Source of the DNA: Octopus sinensis
Taxonomy: Eukaryota
Direction of reading: 5' to 3'
DNA: 64,000 nucleotides
Assembly: GCF_006345805.1 (NCBI RefSeq)
Contig: NC_043002.1
Location: 81,778,001 to 81,842,000, forward strand
The position numbers and the translations under genes were made by a program. The notes under the pieces were generated by a model that did not search any database, was not told where the DNA came from, and worked only from the letters and a program-made list of their open reading frames with translations. Shown here piece by piece: positions 1 to 12,470 of this stretch (position 1 is the first letter of the stretch; the number at the start of each line of letters is the position of its first letter).

Positions 1-519
1 AATTATTCTTCACATTCTGATGGTTAACGACGTTCTTTGGAAATATTTTAGATCTACATGTAGTTATCACTTGGGGTCTTTTGATGTTGCATTCCTTTCT
101 AGCTTCCTTCTCCCCCCACCTCCACCTCTACTTCTCTCTTTCCTTCCTTCCTTCCCTCCTTCCTATCTTTCCTTTTCTGATGGAACACACCTCCCTCTTC
201 TCTTCGACTACAACCACCACCACCACCACTGCTACAATCATCATATTCTGCTTTGCTCTTTCTGAAGATCAGTGATGTCATTCTTGTCGTTTTTAAGTTC
301 AAATATATTCAACATTCAGTCTCTCGTATGATGAATAAGTTCATTATTATTAAAACAATTGTAATGTTAATTACCTTTTAATGCTAATTATGAAAATTAT
401 AAATAAACTAGATGCATAAATAACTTTATAATTGCTTGGTTGCTGATATCTTTTATATTAATACTAAATTTAATAAATCTTCTTTGTCGTCATGTGGTGT
501 ACGATATAAAATGAAAAGA

Positions 520-730
520 CCCAGTGAAGAAGACCCCCGATGTGGTTGCTCAACATGCTAGACATAGCAACCAAATCCTTTTCATATGATGAAGGATTCG
601 TTGGAGATAATTTGCTCTGTGATGCATGCCCTGATGAAAAAAAAGAGTAAAAGTAAAAATAAGAGTGTCAATGTGATCACTCAACCTGCTAGATACAGCA
701 GCCAAACCTTCCACATCAGGGGGAAGGATA
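520..730 (-). repeat. Two degenerate copies of unclassified interspersed family R
   Basis: TGGTTGCTCAACATGCTAGACATAGCAACCAAATCC and CTCAACCTGCTAGATACAGCAGCCAAAC are reverse complements of the family R motif seen at 31320-31360 and 31755-31790. Confidence 0.55.
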
Positions 731-784
731 CATTGGAGATTGTTCATTCTGAGATGCACACTGTTAAATCAGTACTGACTTAGC

Positions 785-1150
785 AATCAACTGGCACTTA
801 TTTTATCAACTCTGAAAGGATGAAAGACTAAGTTGACTTCAGCAGCATTTGAACTCAGGATGTAAAGACTTGCTAATGATTCTGCTAGCTCGCTGCCTTA
901 ATAATAATAATAATAATAATAATAATACAAACAACCTTTTCTACTATAGGCACAAGGCCTGAAAATTTTGGCGGGAGGGGACTAATCCATTACAACTACC
1001 CCAGTGCGTAACTGGTACTTATTTCATAAACTTTGGAAAGATGAAAGGTAAAGTCAGTGTTGGTGGAATTTGAACTGAGATTGTAAGGATGGTCAAAAAT
1101 GACGCTAGGCATTTTGTCCAGTGTGCTGAGGATTCTTCTAGCAGTGGCTT
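785..1150 (-). mobile_element. Two tandem old SINE-B copies separated by (TAA)n
   Basis: GAAAGGATGAAAG...TTTGAACTCAG...CTAGCTCGCTGCCTTA occurs twice, with many CpG to TpG/CpA changes relative to the young copy at 30580-30812. Confidence 0.85.
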
Positions 1151-1683
1151 TGAATAATAATAATAATAATAATGATAATGATGTTAATGATAACAACAAC
1201 ACAATTGAATTTGGGACAGAAGTCCTAGCCTTGAGTGTTCACTTTGTTGTTGGGTCACCTATAAACTACTAAGGCTGATTGAGGTAGCCATGTTAGTGGT
1301 TGAGTATTCCACAGACATCTGTACTCTTACTGTAGTTCTGAGCCCCCCCCCCCCCGGTGTGACAATAGTAGTAGCAGCAGCAGCGTATTGTATTAGTAGT
1401 TGGGGTGGGTGGGTGCCTGACTTGCCTTGTAGTGGTAAGGTGTTTTCCTTTCAGTTTTGAGATCAAATGTCAGCCATTGGAGTGGACTTTTGGCCTTTCA
1501 TCCTATGTGGGGTGAGCGTTTGAGGTCGATGAAATAGACATCAGTCATGATTCAATCACCTCTGTACCATGTCTCCTATGAATTTGTGGCCTTATTCCAA
1601 AACTTATGAGTCATTATCATAGCACAAAAGTTTTACATGAAATCAGTTAATTGTTTACCATTCACAGGTCTCTTGTCAGTCAT

Positions 1684-1702
1684 TTGTGTGTGTGTGTATG
1701 TA

Positions 1703-1748
<46 letters not shown>

Positions 1749-1750
1749 TG
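1684..1750. repeat. (GT)n microsatellite
   Basis: Direct reading of the sequence. Confidence 0.95.
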
Positions 1751-2594
1751 TTAAGTTATCGATACAGGCTGTTGGGAATAAAATTACTTAGATATGACCC
1801 TGTTAAACAATAACAATGTTTGTGTGTGTTTGAGTACACACAGTTATAATAATACTAAAGTCAGCGCATTTGTGTTGCTATTTGGCATTATCCCCATTGA
1901 GTCATATTAGACTTACCCTTCATAACATAACAAGAGGTCTCTAATTTTTGAAGAAGAATGTATTGCAACAGTTATCTGTCTCCTGAAGACTAAGTATAAC
2001 ATGCGCTTAAAGCAAACAAGCCAACACTCGCAAATTTTGCTATGCTCCCACTGTCTGCATTATCAAGCTGTAGCTTCATAATATTAACAGCTAAAACGAA
2101 AAGGAAATGTAGTGTAAATTGATTAAAGTGTTTTATTCTGATTACACATAGAATGGTGGAAAATATATTTTCTACTTGTGAATAAGTTTCAAACAAGAGT
2201 TGAGTCTTACCATGCCTGTCTCCAGTTTGACTAGCTTTTAAATCTACAACAAAACAGAAATAAATTAGATTGGACATTGGAAAGCTGAGCACCAACATAT
2301 TCTAAGTAACACTGTATAAATAACATACAATTATGTTAGAAAAGCATGCTGCATGATACTCAGCCTGGTGGAAATATGGTAAATCTAAGTTTTGAATGTG
2401 TATTGCACCTTGTCAGTCATTTGGCTAACTGCTTTTGTGCCGTTATAAGTTTCGTCTGGGACTACACAGCGATAACTAACCTAATTTGATCTAAATTGTA
2501 TTGATATACACAAACAGAATGGTCAGTGGGAAAAGAATAATATGTCTAGTCTGCCACACTACATACCATTACATTCATTCATCTTCACCATCAA

Positions 2595-2710
2595 CATTTA
2601 ACATCTGTTTTCTATGCTGTCATAGGTTGGATGGCTTAACACGAACAGGCAGGGCCAAGGTCTGTTTTGGCTTGGTTTCTACTGCTGGATGCCTTTCCTA
2701 ATGTCAGCAC
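2595..2710 (-). mobile_element. RTE-like tail module fragment
   Basis: TTTAACATCTGTTTTCTATGC...CTGGATGCCTTTCCTAATG, homologous to 53508-53694. Confidence 0.7.
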
Positions 2711-2790
2711 CAGCTGCCTGCTGGTATCCTTGGTTGTCTGTTTTAATGAAATTTGCTTAGATAATGTGTATCATAGAAAGCTGCAGTAGA

Positions 2791-2822
<32 letters not shown>

Positions 2823-2995
2823 AGTATAAAAATGTGCATTGTCCATTTAATTAAAACATTCTGTATGTGGCTGAAGATTGCTCGACATTTTAAAACTGAT
2901 GTAAATACCGTATTTAATGAAATGAAGTAGCATGAAACGATTGTACTACACTACCTTGGATATCCTTGTTGCTTATTTTGATGTATATATATATT

Positions 2996-3333
2996 CTTCT
3001 TTTACTTGCCTCAGTCATTTGACTGCGGCCATGCCGGAGTATCGCCTTTAGTCGAGCGAATCGACCCCAGGACTTATTCTTTTGCCGAACCGCTAAGTTA
3101 CGGGGACGTAAAAAACTTGACAACGGTGTTGTCAAGCGATGTTAGGCGGGACAAACATGTACACACACACACACACAGATACGACAGGCTTCTTTCAGTT
3201 TCCGTCTACTCCACTCATAAGGCTTTGGTCATCCCGAGGCTATAATAGAAGACACCCAAGGTGCCACGCAGTGGGACTGAACCCGGAACCCTGTGGTTGT
3301 AAGCGATCTACTTACCACAGAGCCACTCCTGCG

Positions 3334-3336
<3 letters not shown>
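2996..3336 (-). mobile_element. SINE-A, near full length with an internal deletion
   Basis: Reverse-strand A box (TGGCTCTGTGG) and B box (GGTTCAGTCCC), internal (CA)n, and the family tail. Confidence 0.92.
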
Positions 3337-3411
<75 letters not shown>

Positions 3412-4232
3412 GTTCTTACGAGTCAGTTGAGAAATTAAAAGTACCAGTAATATGTTAGGAGATAGGAAAGAGTTAATGTAAGCAATAACTACAGAAAATT
3501 CTTGTGCCAACTCCAAAGAAATTAGTATTTTTTTTTTTTTACAAACTTCTGAATTTTTTTTTTTATTTTTAAGAAATTGCTGTAGGTTTCATAAGTATAT
3601 TAATTATTCCACTTCAGTTTTACCAATAATTTTATTCCGATTTGATATACACTGTACATATGCATAAAGATATATGTGTCACATGGTGTGTGTGTATGTG
3701 TGTGTGTACGTAGACTCCTGTATGTGATATACGTGTACGTCTGTTTATGACAACAAACCTACTTACATTGGCAAATGTCTTTGAGAAAAAGAAAGAAAAA
3801 AGTGCCATGAATGTCACACAATCTTATTATCCTCCGTCAAAAGAAATGAAAACGTAAACCTTATTCCTAATTGAGAAATCAATATTGTTTTACGTGGTCA
3901 CAGTGGTAGACAGAGATGAACCGAGACAAGTAGAACATCGCACTTTATCGTATCCAGTTCAGTATCCGGTACATTGTTGTTTAGAGTTCAAACTGAGTTT
4001 ATCCGCAGACTGTGCGCTTTTTATTACTATCTTTCTCTATTTTTGTGTTTCTTTTCAAGTCGCTAAAATGTTATTTGAGAGAGAGAGAGCTGCTTGCTAT
4101 TTATAGAATGCGAGATGCACGGTGTTAGAAGCTACCTTGTTTATTTATTAGTTCGTAAAGTACCAGTGATATAATAAGGTCTGCTTTAATTGAGCTGCGT
4201 ACTTGTCCTTGCTTCTCTGGAGACTATCCTTA

Positions 4233-4268
<36 letters not shown>

Positions 4269-4421
4269 TATCTCTATCTCTCTCTTTCCAGTTAAGGGGA
4301 ACCTTTATTAAAGAATTGTTTCCATAAACTTTTCCAGCACAAAAGCAATAAACCTTTGATATCATCATCGGTTCACACACACAGCTTCTTCCCACACCTT
4401 TACTTTCTCTTTATCTCCATG

Positions 4422-4464
<43 letters not shown>

Positions 4465-4847
4465 CTTGCACGCATGCTCCGTCTCCACTCCGTTCCTATC
4501 TTTTTCCACACTTAAAGTCTCTGTTCACTTCAACCGCCACCAACGCCAACACACCACAGCCACCGCTGCCATCACCACCACCACCACCACCACCACCACT
4601 ACCACCACAGCTGCTACCATCAGCATCTCCCACCTTTGCCATCATTTTATCACTTTCTCTTGAGCCTCATCACCATTGCTGTACTTGGAGGTGGTGGATC
4701 AATATGGCTGCTGCAGTCAATTAACTGATGGGAAATAATGCTTGCTGTGTTTCTCTGCTCCACATTGTTGTCATATTGTGTGTGTGTGTGTGCGTGCGCG
4801 CGCGTGCGTTTTTGTTTGTTTTATTTTATTATGTATTGTTGTTTTGC

Positions 4848-4878
<31 letters not shown>

Positions 4879-4950
4879 GTTATTGTTATTATTGTTATTA
4901 TTATTATTATTGTGTGTGTATCCGTGTCCATTTCACCATTTTTGCTGCTA

Positions 4951-5250
4951 ACTTACATTTGGCCAAACGAGAAAGAGAGAGAGAGAGAGGGGGGTGGGGG
5001 TGGGGTGAGGATTGAGGAGAAAACAAAAAAAAGAAAAAAAAGAGACAAGAAAGAATGGTTAAAAACAAACGGGGGCGGGTGGGTGGAAATAATACAGATA
5101 ATATTAAGTAAAAGAGTTAAAGTAAAAGAAAATATGTGCAAAAGAAACAAAACGGCACCAAACACTCCTTTTACTCTCTCTCTCTCTCTCTTCCTCTCCG
5201 TTTCTGCCATCCTCCTCCTCTTCTCTAGCTACATACAAACTTACAAGTAG
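4951..5250 (-). other. Candidate non-coding first exon of a leftward (minus-strand) transcript
   Basis: Minus-strand AAT|GTAAGT donor (ACTTAC at 4951-4956) downstream of GA-rich and G-rich tracts, near the edge of the CpG-retaining domain. Start site unknown. Confidence 0.25.
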
Positions 5251-5616
5251 TGCTATCTCTTTGATTGCTTGTTTCAAAAAGTACACTAATTTATCTGGTA
5301 TTTCACTAACCTTTTATATACTATTTGTTTTTGTTTTGCTTTTTTTGTTACATCTTTATCTGTTTCCGTTTTGTTTTTTTTTCTTCCATTTTTTTCTTCT
5401 TTTTGCTTTGTGTTTGTTTGTTTCTTATATGCATTTCCTTTTTTTACTCCTTCACTCGTCTTCTGTTTGCTGCTTCTGCTTCTGCTTCTGCTGCTGTTGT
5501 GATGTCCTCTAAGATTGGTGTGTCTTTTGCACTTGACAGTGCATCAATTCCATCATAAGTAATTAAAATCTACCTGCAGAACTTGTCAAAGCTCCCTCTG
5601 TCTCTTTCTTCCTTTC

Positions 5617-5658
<42 letters not shown>

Positions 5659-5699
5659 TGCGTGCGTGCGTGAACATATCATTCTTCTGAGCTAAACTG

Positions 5700-5763
5700 A
5701 TATGTGTGTGTGTGTGTGTGATGTATACATACATTACATACATGCTGCATGCACGAATATGTA

Positions 5764-5810
<47 letters not shown>

Positions 5811-5813
5811 ATA

Positions 5814-5859
<46 letters not shown>

Positions 5860-5885
5860 ATATATATATATGCATATATATATAT

Positions 5886-5917
<32 letters not shown>

Positions 5918-6023
5918 ATATATATATATATATGCATATATATATATATATATATATATAATGCAATTATATATATATATATATATATATATGCATATAT
6001 ATATATTATATATATATATATGC

Positions 6024-6058
<35 letters not shown>

Positions 6059-6070
6059 CTATATAGTATA

Positions 6071-6134
<64 letters not shown>

Positions 6135-6362
6135 TATATATATATATATATATATATATGCATATATATATATATATATATATGCATATATATGCATATA
6201 TATATATTATATATATATTATATATATATATATATATATATGCATATATATATATATATATATACTATATAATATGCATATATATATATATATCATATAT
6301 ATCTATATATATACTATATATATATATATATATCTGCATATTATATATCATATATATATATA

Positions 6363-6396
<34 letters not shown>

Positions 6397-6430
6397 TATA
6401 TATATCATCTATATATCTATATATATCTGC

Positions 6431-6462
<32 letters not shown>

Positions 6463-6486
6463 TTATATCTATCTATATATATATAT

Positions 6487-6522
<36 letters not shown>
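5700..6522. repeat. About 820 bp compound (TA)n satellite with recurrent TGCA interruptions
   Basis: Direct reading; TGCA at 6071, 6101, 6131, 6159 among others. Source of the spurious poly-YI ORFs. Confidence 0.97.
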
Positions 6523-6524
<2 letters not shown>

Positions 6525-7143
6525 TTTATGTTATGTGTGGATGTTTTAAAAATTTGGTGGGGAGGTTGATGCTATGGAACAAAGAAATTATTTTTTTCAT
6601 TATTAGAAATAAAATAAATAAAACCTTCAGTTGTCAAAAAATGGTTTTCTTAATTGAATTTCTGTTCATAATTAATAGTCATTCTTAAATGACATGTTGG
6701 GACATCGTATTTCGTTATGCAACCATAATATACTACAAAGTATATTAAACATTTTTATAATTCAATACTGTGTTCTACTGTGTTAGCAGTGCTATTACAC
6801 CACTTGTTAAGGTTTTATCTACAAATTGTAGCCAGCATATAATTTCTATGGAAAATCTGTTGAGATAACCATAAGTCATTCTTAAATTCGTCAAAACCCT
6901 TCTGGTCATGCCCTTTATTTGTCCTTTCCGAGGAACATGTTAAGTGTTTCTCTTTGTTTATTAAGGTACTGTTTGTTTCTTTATTTCTTTACTTACAAAT
7001 ACATTTCTTCTTGTCTTTACACAAAGATACACAGACACACATACATAAACACAGAAACATACACACACACCTTTTTTTAATTTTCACTTGGTAGAAAGTT
7101 ACAAAGGTTACTCAAGAACTGAGAGTTTCGTTCGGTGTACTTA

Positions 7144-7327
7144 TGGCGCAGGAGTGGCTGTGTGGTAAGTAGCTTGCTTACCAACCACATGGTTCCGGGT
7201 TCAGTCCCACTGCGTGGCACCTTGGGCAAGTGTCTTCTACTATAGCCGCGGGCCGACCAAAGCCTTGTGAGTGGATTTGGTAGACGGAACTGAAAGAAGC
7301 CCGTCGTATATATATATATATATATTA

Positions 7328-7366
<39 letters not shown>

Positions 7367-7597
7367 TGTGTGTGTGTGTGTGCTGCGTGTATTTGTGTTT
7401 CTGTGTTGTGGTCCCCTTAGCATTGCTTGACAACCGATGCTGGTATGTTTACGTCCCCCGTAGCTTAGCGGTTCGGCAAAAGAGACCGATAGAATAAGTA
7501 CTGGGCTTACAAAGAATAAGTCCCGGGGTCGAGTTGCTCGGCTAAAGGCGGTGCTCCAGCATGGCCGCAGTCAACTGACTGAAACAAGTAAAAGAGT
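7144..7597 (+). mobile_element. Full-length young SINE-A
   Basis: A box TGGCTGTGTGG, B box GGTTCAGTCCC, central (TA)n/(TG)n, tail GACTGAAACAAGTAAAAGAG. Confidence 0.95.
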
Positions 7598-7655
7598 ATG
7601 TGTATGTAGGCGCAGACATAGCTGTGTAGTTAGTTAAAGAAGTTTGCTTTGCAAC

Positions 7656-8453
7656 TACAGGTCGTCGTCGACTTACGACCTATCGACTTTACGACGATTG
7701 GCGCGCCATTTCCCGGCAGCAGTAATAAATAGTCAAGTTGAAACCTAATGGGTTTAATTTCTTAGATGTCAGCTACTAAACGTTTCCCCTATGTTTGGTT
7801 ATCGATTGCCACTGTGTGTATCCCAAGTGTTGGATGAATATCCTGTCGCGGTGACATTGAGGCAACCTCGTATCTCTCTATATATAAACGGCAGTTTGTC
7901 TGTGTGTGTTTCTGTGTGTCTGTTAGGTTGTACCCTCACCCTGACCACGGCTTTCAACCGATTCTGATGAAACTTGACACACACATAGCCCAATGTCATA
8001 ATTCAAAACTAACGCAGCGAAAATTTTGAAAAGTTCCCCCAGTTCTGAAAAAAATTCGATAAATTCGACATGGGGTCGAGAATCACAAACACAAACCACA
8101 GACTGTCTAGGGGACGCAACTCGACCTTTTTAACTAAAAAAAAATTTACCATCATCCCCCCCCCCATTTTTTGGCTATAACTCTCTAAAAATGCTTTATA
8201 GTTATTTCCCTTACAAACCCGAGCAACGCCGGGCGATACTGCTAGCTTGTTTATAAGTCGACTGCTTGAAACTCCGAAATTTTTCACTAACGCCAGTATA
8301 ATAGTATAATACAGAATGCTGTGTGTGATTTTTACCTGAGAATGTCCCTTAAGAATGTAAAAAATATAATACAAAAAGCTATGTATAGGCCAACAGGCGA
8401 CCAGTCGGTCGGAAACAATTGTGGTCGTAAGTTGACGACAACGATGACCTGTA
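7656..8453. mobile_element. Tc1/mariner-pogo (Tigger-like) MITE with TA target duplication
   Basis: Left TA-CAGGTCGTCGTCGACTTACGACC and right GGTCGTAAGTTGACGACAACGATGACCTG-TA are inverted repeats differing by a 6-bp indel. Confidence 0.85.
7873..8245 (+). mobile_element. Non-autonomous Helitron
   Basis: 5' A|TC start, 3' GC-rich hairpin CCCGAGCAACGCCGGG (8218-8233) followed by CTAG (8242-8245), no TSD. The 3' flank is C rather than the usual T. Confidence 0.85.
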
Positions 8454-8873
8454 TGTGGTTTTCGGTTTAGTCCCGTTGTGCAGTACACTGGGCAAATCTT
8501 TTCTACTAAAGCCTTGTACTACTCTATGCTTTTTGAGTGAATTTGATATGCGGAAATTGTGTGGAAGCCTATCACTCTCTCTCTCTCTTTCTTTCTCTCT
8601 CTCTCTCTCATACACATGACCCCCATGCAACTTAGGTTTCATAGGTTCATTGCAGGAGCTGAGTGTATGTGTATGTGTCTCATCAATCCATCCATCTCCC
8701 TCCCCTCCCCCAGTGCTTGACAATGCTGATTTATTTACCCCGCAACTTAGCACTTTGGCAAAAGAGAATGACAGAATAAGTAGCAGACTCTCAATAAAGT
8801 AAGCACTGGTATACATGTGTCCAACTAAACTCTTCAAAACAGCATAGCAGCAGTTCAATACCTGAAACAAAAT

Positions 8874-8909
<36 letters not shown>

Positions 8910-8912
8910 TAT

Positions 8913-8959
<47 letters not shown>

Positions 8960-8961
<2 letters not shown>

Positions 8962-9140
8962 CGTTTGGCGATTTTCTTTCTCCGTTTTCCCTTCTTTGGA
9001 CTTTTTCTATATTTCTGATGAAGTGCTCCGCTCGAAACGTGAAATCCCCTTTCTTTTCTTTCCTTTCCTGCGTGTCCAGTAACACTACTCATTCCACGTC
9101 CTCGCGTTGTTGTTTTTTCTTGCTCGTCTATGTTTGGATT

Positions 9141-9142
<2 letters not shown>
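8960..9142 (+). mobile_element. Penelope-like element terminus inside a (TA)n tract
   Basis: CTGATGAAG...CGAAACGT motif typical of Penelope pseudo-LTRs; (TA)n on both sides. Confidence 0.55.
9011..9045 (+). ncRNA. Minimal hammerhead-ribozyme-like motif, probably inactive in this copy
   Basis: ATTT-CTGATGA-A-GTGC(TCC)GCTC-GAAA-CG-TG-AAAT: core boxes, a 4-bp stem I and an imperfect stem II are present; cleavage triplet is GUG. Confidence 0.45.
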
Positions 9143-9180
<38 letters not shown>

Positions 9181-9615
9181 TTTCTATTACTCCTCTTTTC
9201 TAAGAAGAAGCAGCAAATTAGGACTAAGTTTTGTGCCTGTCTGTATGTATATATGTATGCATGCGGTGTTATACATACAATTTGCTCTTGCTTTTGGGGG
9301 GAGGGGCAGTGTGGGTAATTTGTTCATTTATTGAAAAGTTATGAATTATCCAAATCAAAATGGCTGTTAATGAGAAAAATTTGAAAGTATTTGGTCAGCA
9401 TTGGTGGTGGTGGGGGGTAGTTTGGGGGCGGTTTCTTACCTTCCCGCCCTCACTTTCCTAATTTTTCCTATTGTTTCTGACTGAATTCTTTTTTCATCTC
9501 TTCCTCTAAATCACTGTTCGCCTTCACAGAATATTTTTCAATCATCACACCTATTTCTTTATTTTATTCTTTTTATATATTCTATTTCTTACATACACAC
9601 AGACGCAAAAACAAT

Positions 9616-9649
<34 letters not shown>

Positions 9650-10415
9650 TGCATTAGTTGTGGAATGTTTTTAATGCTGTATAGTAAACATGATTGGTGT
9701 ACTCCCAAAAATTGATTTTATTCCCCCCCCCCTCCGTTTCGGTTTTTACTTATATATATATTTTTGTTTTTTTATTCGTTATATAACAGTAGAGATTGAA
9801 TTCTAAAGTTTTTTTTTTTTGTTGTACATTTTTATCGTTAAAAAAAATAGCTCGTTTTATTTGTGTGTATGTATGTATGTACACACACACACTGTTTTTT
9901 TCAATGCTCATCATTTCAAATTATTAGGAAAGAAAACAACTTCGGAAGCTGTTAGCTATCTCTTCTCAAAACACAGTAACAAACCTCCTATTTGTTTTAT
10001 TGTTTTAACTCTTGAGTCTTAAATTCTAGTGATTAAATGTAAGTACATTTCATTTACATGTAAGACGTTGCTTAATAATATTTTCTTATTAGTAATGTAC
10101 CCTCTCCCCCTCCCATTAGTTTATCATGATAACACGAGTTAGTACTCAGTAAATTAAATTGTACCAAATGCAATTTGTCATAGCATAGTGATAGTGACGG
10201 AGTATGGAATTAAGTTATGATATCACTAGGCATTGTGAGACTAATAACCTGGCGTAGAACTCAATATGCATATGCTTCAGAATAAAGCATTGAGTACAGA
10301 GCTGTATGGTGTTACTCGGGCACTCGATTATGAGTCCAATGCATCTTGTAGCAGAAACAGCTGTAAGCTAATGAAGTTCATAAGATAATCGTTTATTCCT
10401 TTTTTTTTATCTCAT

Positions 10416-10486
<71 letters not shown>

Positions 10487-10540
10487 GTCAAGTCATGATA
10501 GACTCTGCCTCTATGTATATGGAGTGCTAGTGACGTTAGT

Positions 10541-10868
10541 GAAGGCGCGTGGCTTAATGGTTAGGGGCATTCGGCACACGATCGTAAGGTCGTGAGTTCA
10601 ATCCCCAGCGGTGCGTTGTGTACTTGAGCAAGACACTTTATTTCACGTTGCTCCAGTCTACTCAGCCGGCAAAAATGAGTAGTACCTGTATTTCAAAGGG
10701 CCAGTCTTGTCACACTCTGTGTCACGCTGAATCTCCCCGAGAACTACGTTAAAGGTACACGTGTCGGTGGATTGCTCAGCCACTTGCACGTTAATTTAAT
10801 TTCACGAGCAAGCTGTTCCGTTGATCGCATCAGCTGGCACCCTCGTCGTCGCAACCGACGGAGTGCTC
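10541..10868 (+). mobile_element. Full-length SINE-C
   Basis: A box TGGCTTAATGG, B box GAGTTCAATCCC, core GTGTACTTGAGCAAGACACTT, tail CCCTCGTCGTCGCAACCGACGGAGTGC. Confidence 0.9.
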
Positions 10869-11049
10869 CTTTTTAGTGACATTGATAGCAATTGATCTCT
10901 AGTTTAATACATACTTGCAGCTGTGTCTCACCGGTGCCTGGCCTGTCTCAGCTGAAGTGTGAAAACAAGTATTTCAGCTGTTTCTTTCATGCAAATGAAT
11001 ACCACTACTCTTGTGTATGTGTCTCCTTGTTTCGCCTCTTCTTTCAGCT

Positions 11050-11086
<37 letters not shown>

Positions 11087-11237
11087 AAACCCTGCTTTGC
11101 CCTTGTCAGGAGTAGAATGTAGTGTCTAGATAGAAATGCGCACTTTTACTCCCCGCTCTTTTAGATAACTTCAGTTTTATTCTGAGGTGTTTTACTACTT
11201 GATATTGTATTCTGCAAGGAGCTTAATTTTATGTTTA

Positions 11238-11515
11238 GGCGGAGGCATGACTGTGTAGTTAAGAAGCTTGCTTCGCAACCACGTGCTTTTAGGTTCGCTC
11301 TCACATTGAAGCACCTTGGGCGAAGTGTCTTCTACTATCCGCCCCCCTCTCCCCTTCGAGCTTACGAATGCCTTGAGTGATTTTTTTCGTAGATGGAACT
11401 GTGCAGGAGAAGCCTGTCGTGTGTGTGTTGTTTCTCACTACAGCTTGACAACTGGTTTACGTTTGTAACTTAGCGGTTCGGCGAAACGAACCGATAGAAC
11501 AAATATCAGACTTCA
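11238..11515 (+). mobile_element. Old SINE-A
   Basis: Diverged head plus CTTAGCGGTTCGGCGAAACGAACCGATAGAA with CpGs retained. Confidence 0.8.
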
Positions 11516-11715
11516 AACTAATGCTCTTAACATAAAACTGCGACTAAATGAAAAGGATGAAGCCAGTAACACTCTCTCTCTCTCTCTCTCTCTCTCCCTC
11601 CCTCTCTCTCTCCCTCTCTCTCTCCCCCAAGTTGTTTAACCCCAGACTTAGCTGTGACCATCTTGACTTTAAGGGATAATGTAAGAACCCCATATATATT
11701 TTGTTGTCATTAGAC

Positions 11716-11872
11716 TGCAGGTGTGCAAGTATCTTTAGTCGAACGAATACCGGTTATCAAGCAGTGGTTAGGGACAAATACACTCACACACGTGACGGGC
11801 TTCTTTCAGTTTCCGTCTAAGCTCCATTTGGTCATAAGGTGTCACGCAGTAGGTATGAACCTGGAACCATAG
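11716..11872 (-). mobile_element. SINE-A fragment with deletions
   Basis: GACGGGCTTCTTTCAGTTTCCGTCTA and GGTGTCACGCAGT. Confidence 0.75.
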
Positions 11873-12294
11873 TTTCTAAAGATTAATTAAATATTAAAAA
11901 TTACATTCTAAAACTTGTGGATCTTGAAAGATATGTTGTTCAGAATTTTATAATTCTGTATAATTTTTCTGAATTAAAAAAAATTTTTTTTTTTTTTTTT
12001 ACATTGAGCTTATTTTAAACTTTCCGTGCAAAATGTATCACAACGAGAATTCCTAATTTAATCTCTCCTCTCCTGTCTGTATTCATGACTCTGTGAAGAC
12101 GAACTTGCCTGCGCATAAGAAACTAGTTGAGCATGACGCTTTAAATAAGCACGCAGCTAATTTAGCTTGACTGAAGAGGAAGAGTTAAGGGCCAGATTAG
12201 TATACCTTCAATGTGATTTATGAAATTATGTTGCTCCTTGCCATGACATTATATAAAAGCCGAAAAATGTCACCAGCATGCAAGAGGTGTTCTC

Positions 12295-12470
12295 CGTCTC
12301 CACAGTCTTCTGTGTAAGCATGTCCGGTTATGGGGAAATATTACCTTAGTTGAGAACAGGTGAGTGTTCGTGACAGGAAGGGCACCCGGTCATGGAAAAT
12401 CCGCCTCGACGAAAATCAGGACTATCCCATGCAGGCATGGAAAAAGTGGATGTTAAATGATGCTGCTGAT
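12295..12470 (+). mobile_element. RTE-like tail module
   Basis: GACAGGAAGGGCACCCGG...CCCATGCAGGCATGGAAAAAGTGGATGTTAAATGATG. Confidence 0.75.

Larger units (their letters stand above)
7608..8875 (+). mobile_element. Old SINE-A split by a DNA-transposon insertion
   Basis: Head 7608-7655 resumes at 8454 (TGTGGTTTTCGGTTTAGTCCC) after the insert. Confidence 0.8.

Noticed and set aside
4356-5250. ORFs of 122-170 aa with poly-P, poly-I, poly-Y or poly-L runs
   Set aside because: Built from (CCA)n, (TTA)n, (GA)n and (TG)n tracts; no domain-like sequence.
5870-6688. 272-aa ORF and overlapping poly-YI ORFs
   Set aside because: They are translations of (TA)n, which lacks stops in frame; the same applies to similar ORFs at 3139, 17494, 33200, 43206, 48735 and 53828.
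7144-7215. tRNA gene calls at SINE heads (also 10545, 30735-30812, 57670)
   Set aside because: A and B boxes are present but there is no complete cloverleaf, and each continues into a SINE body.
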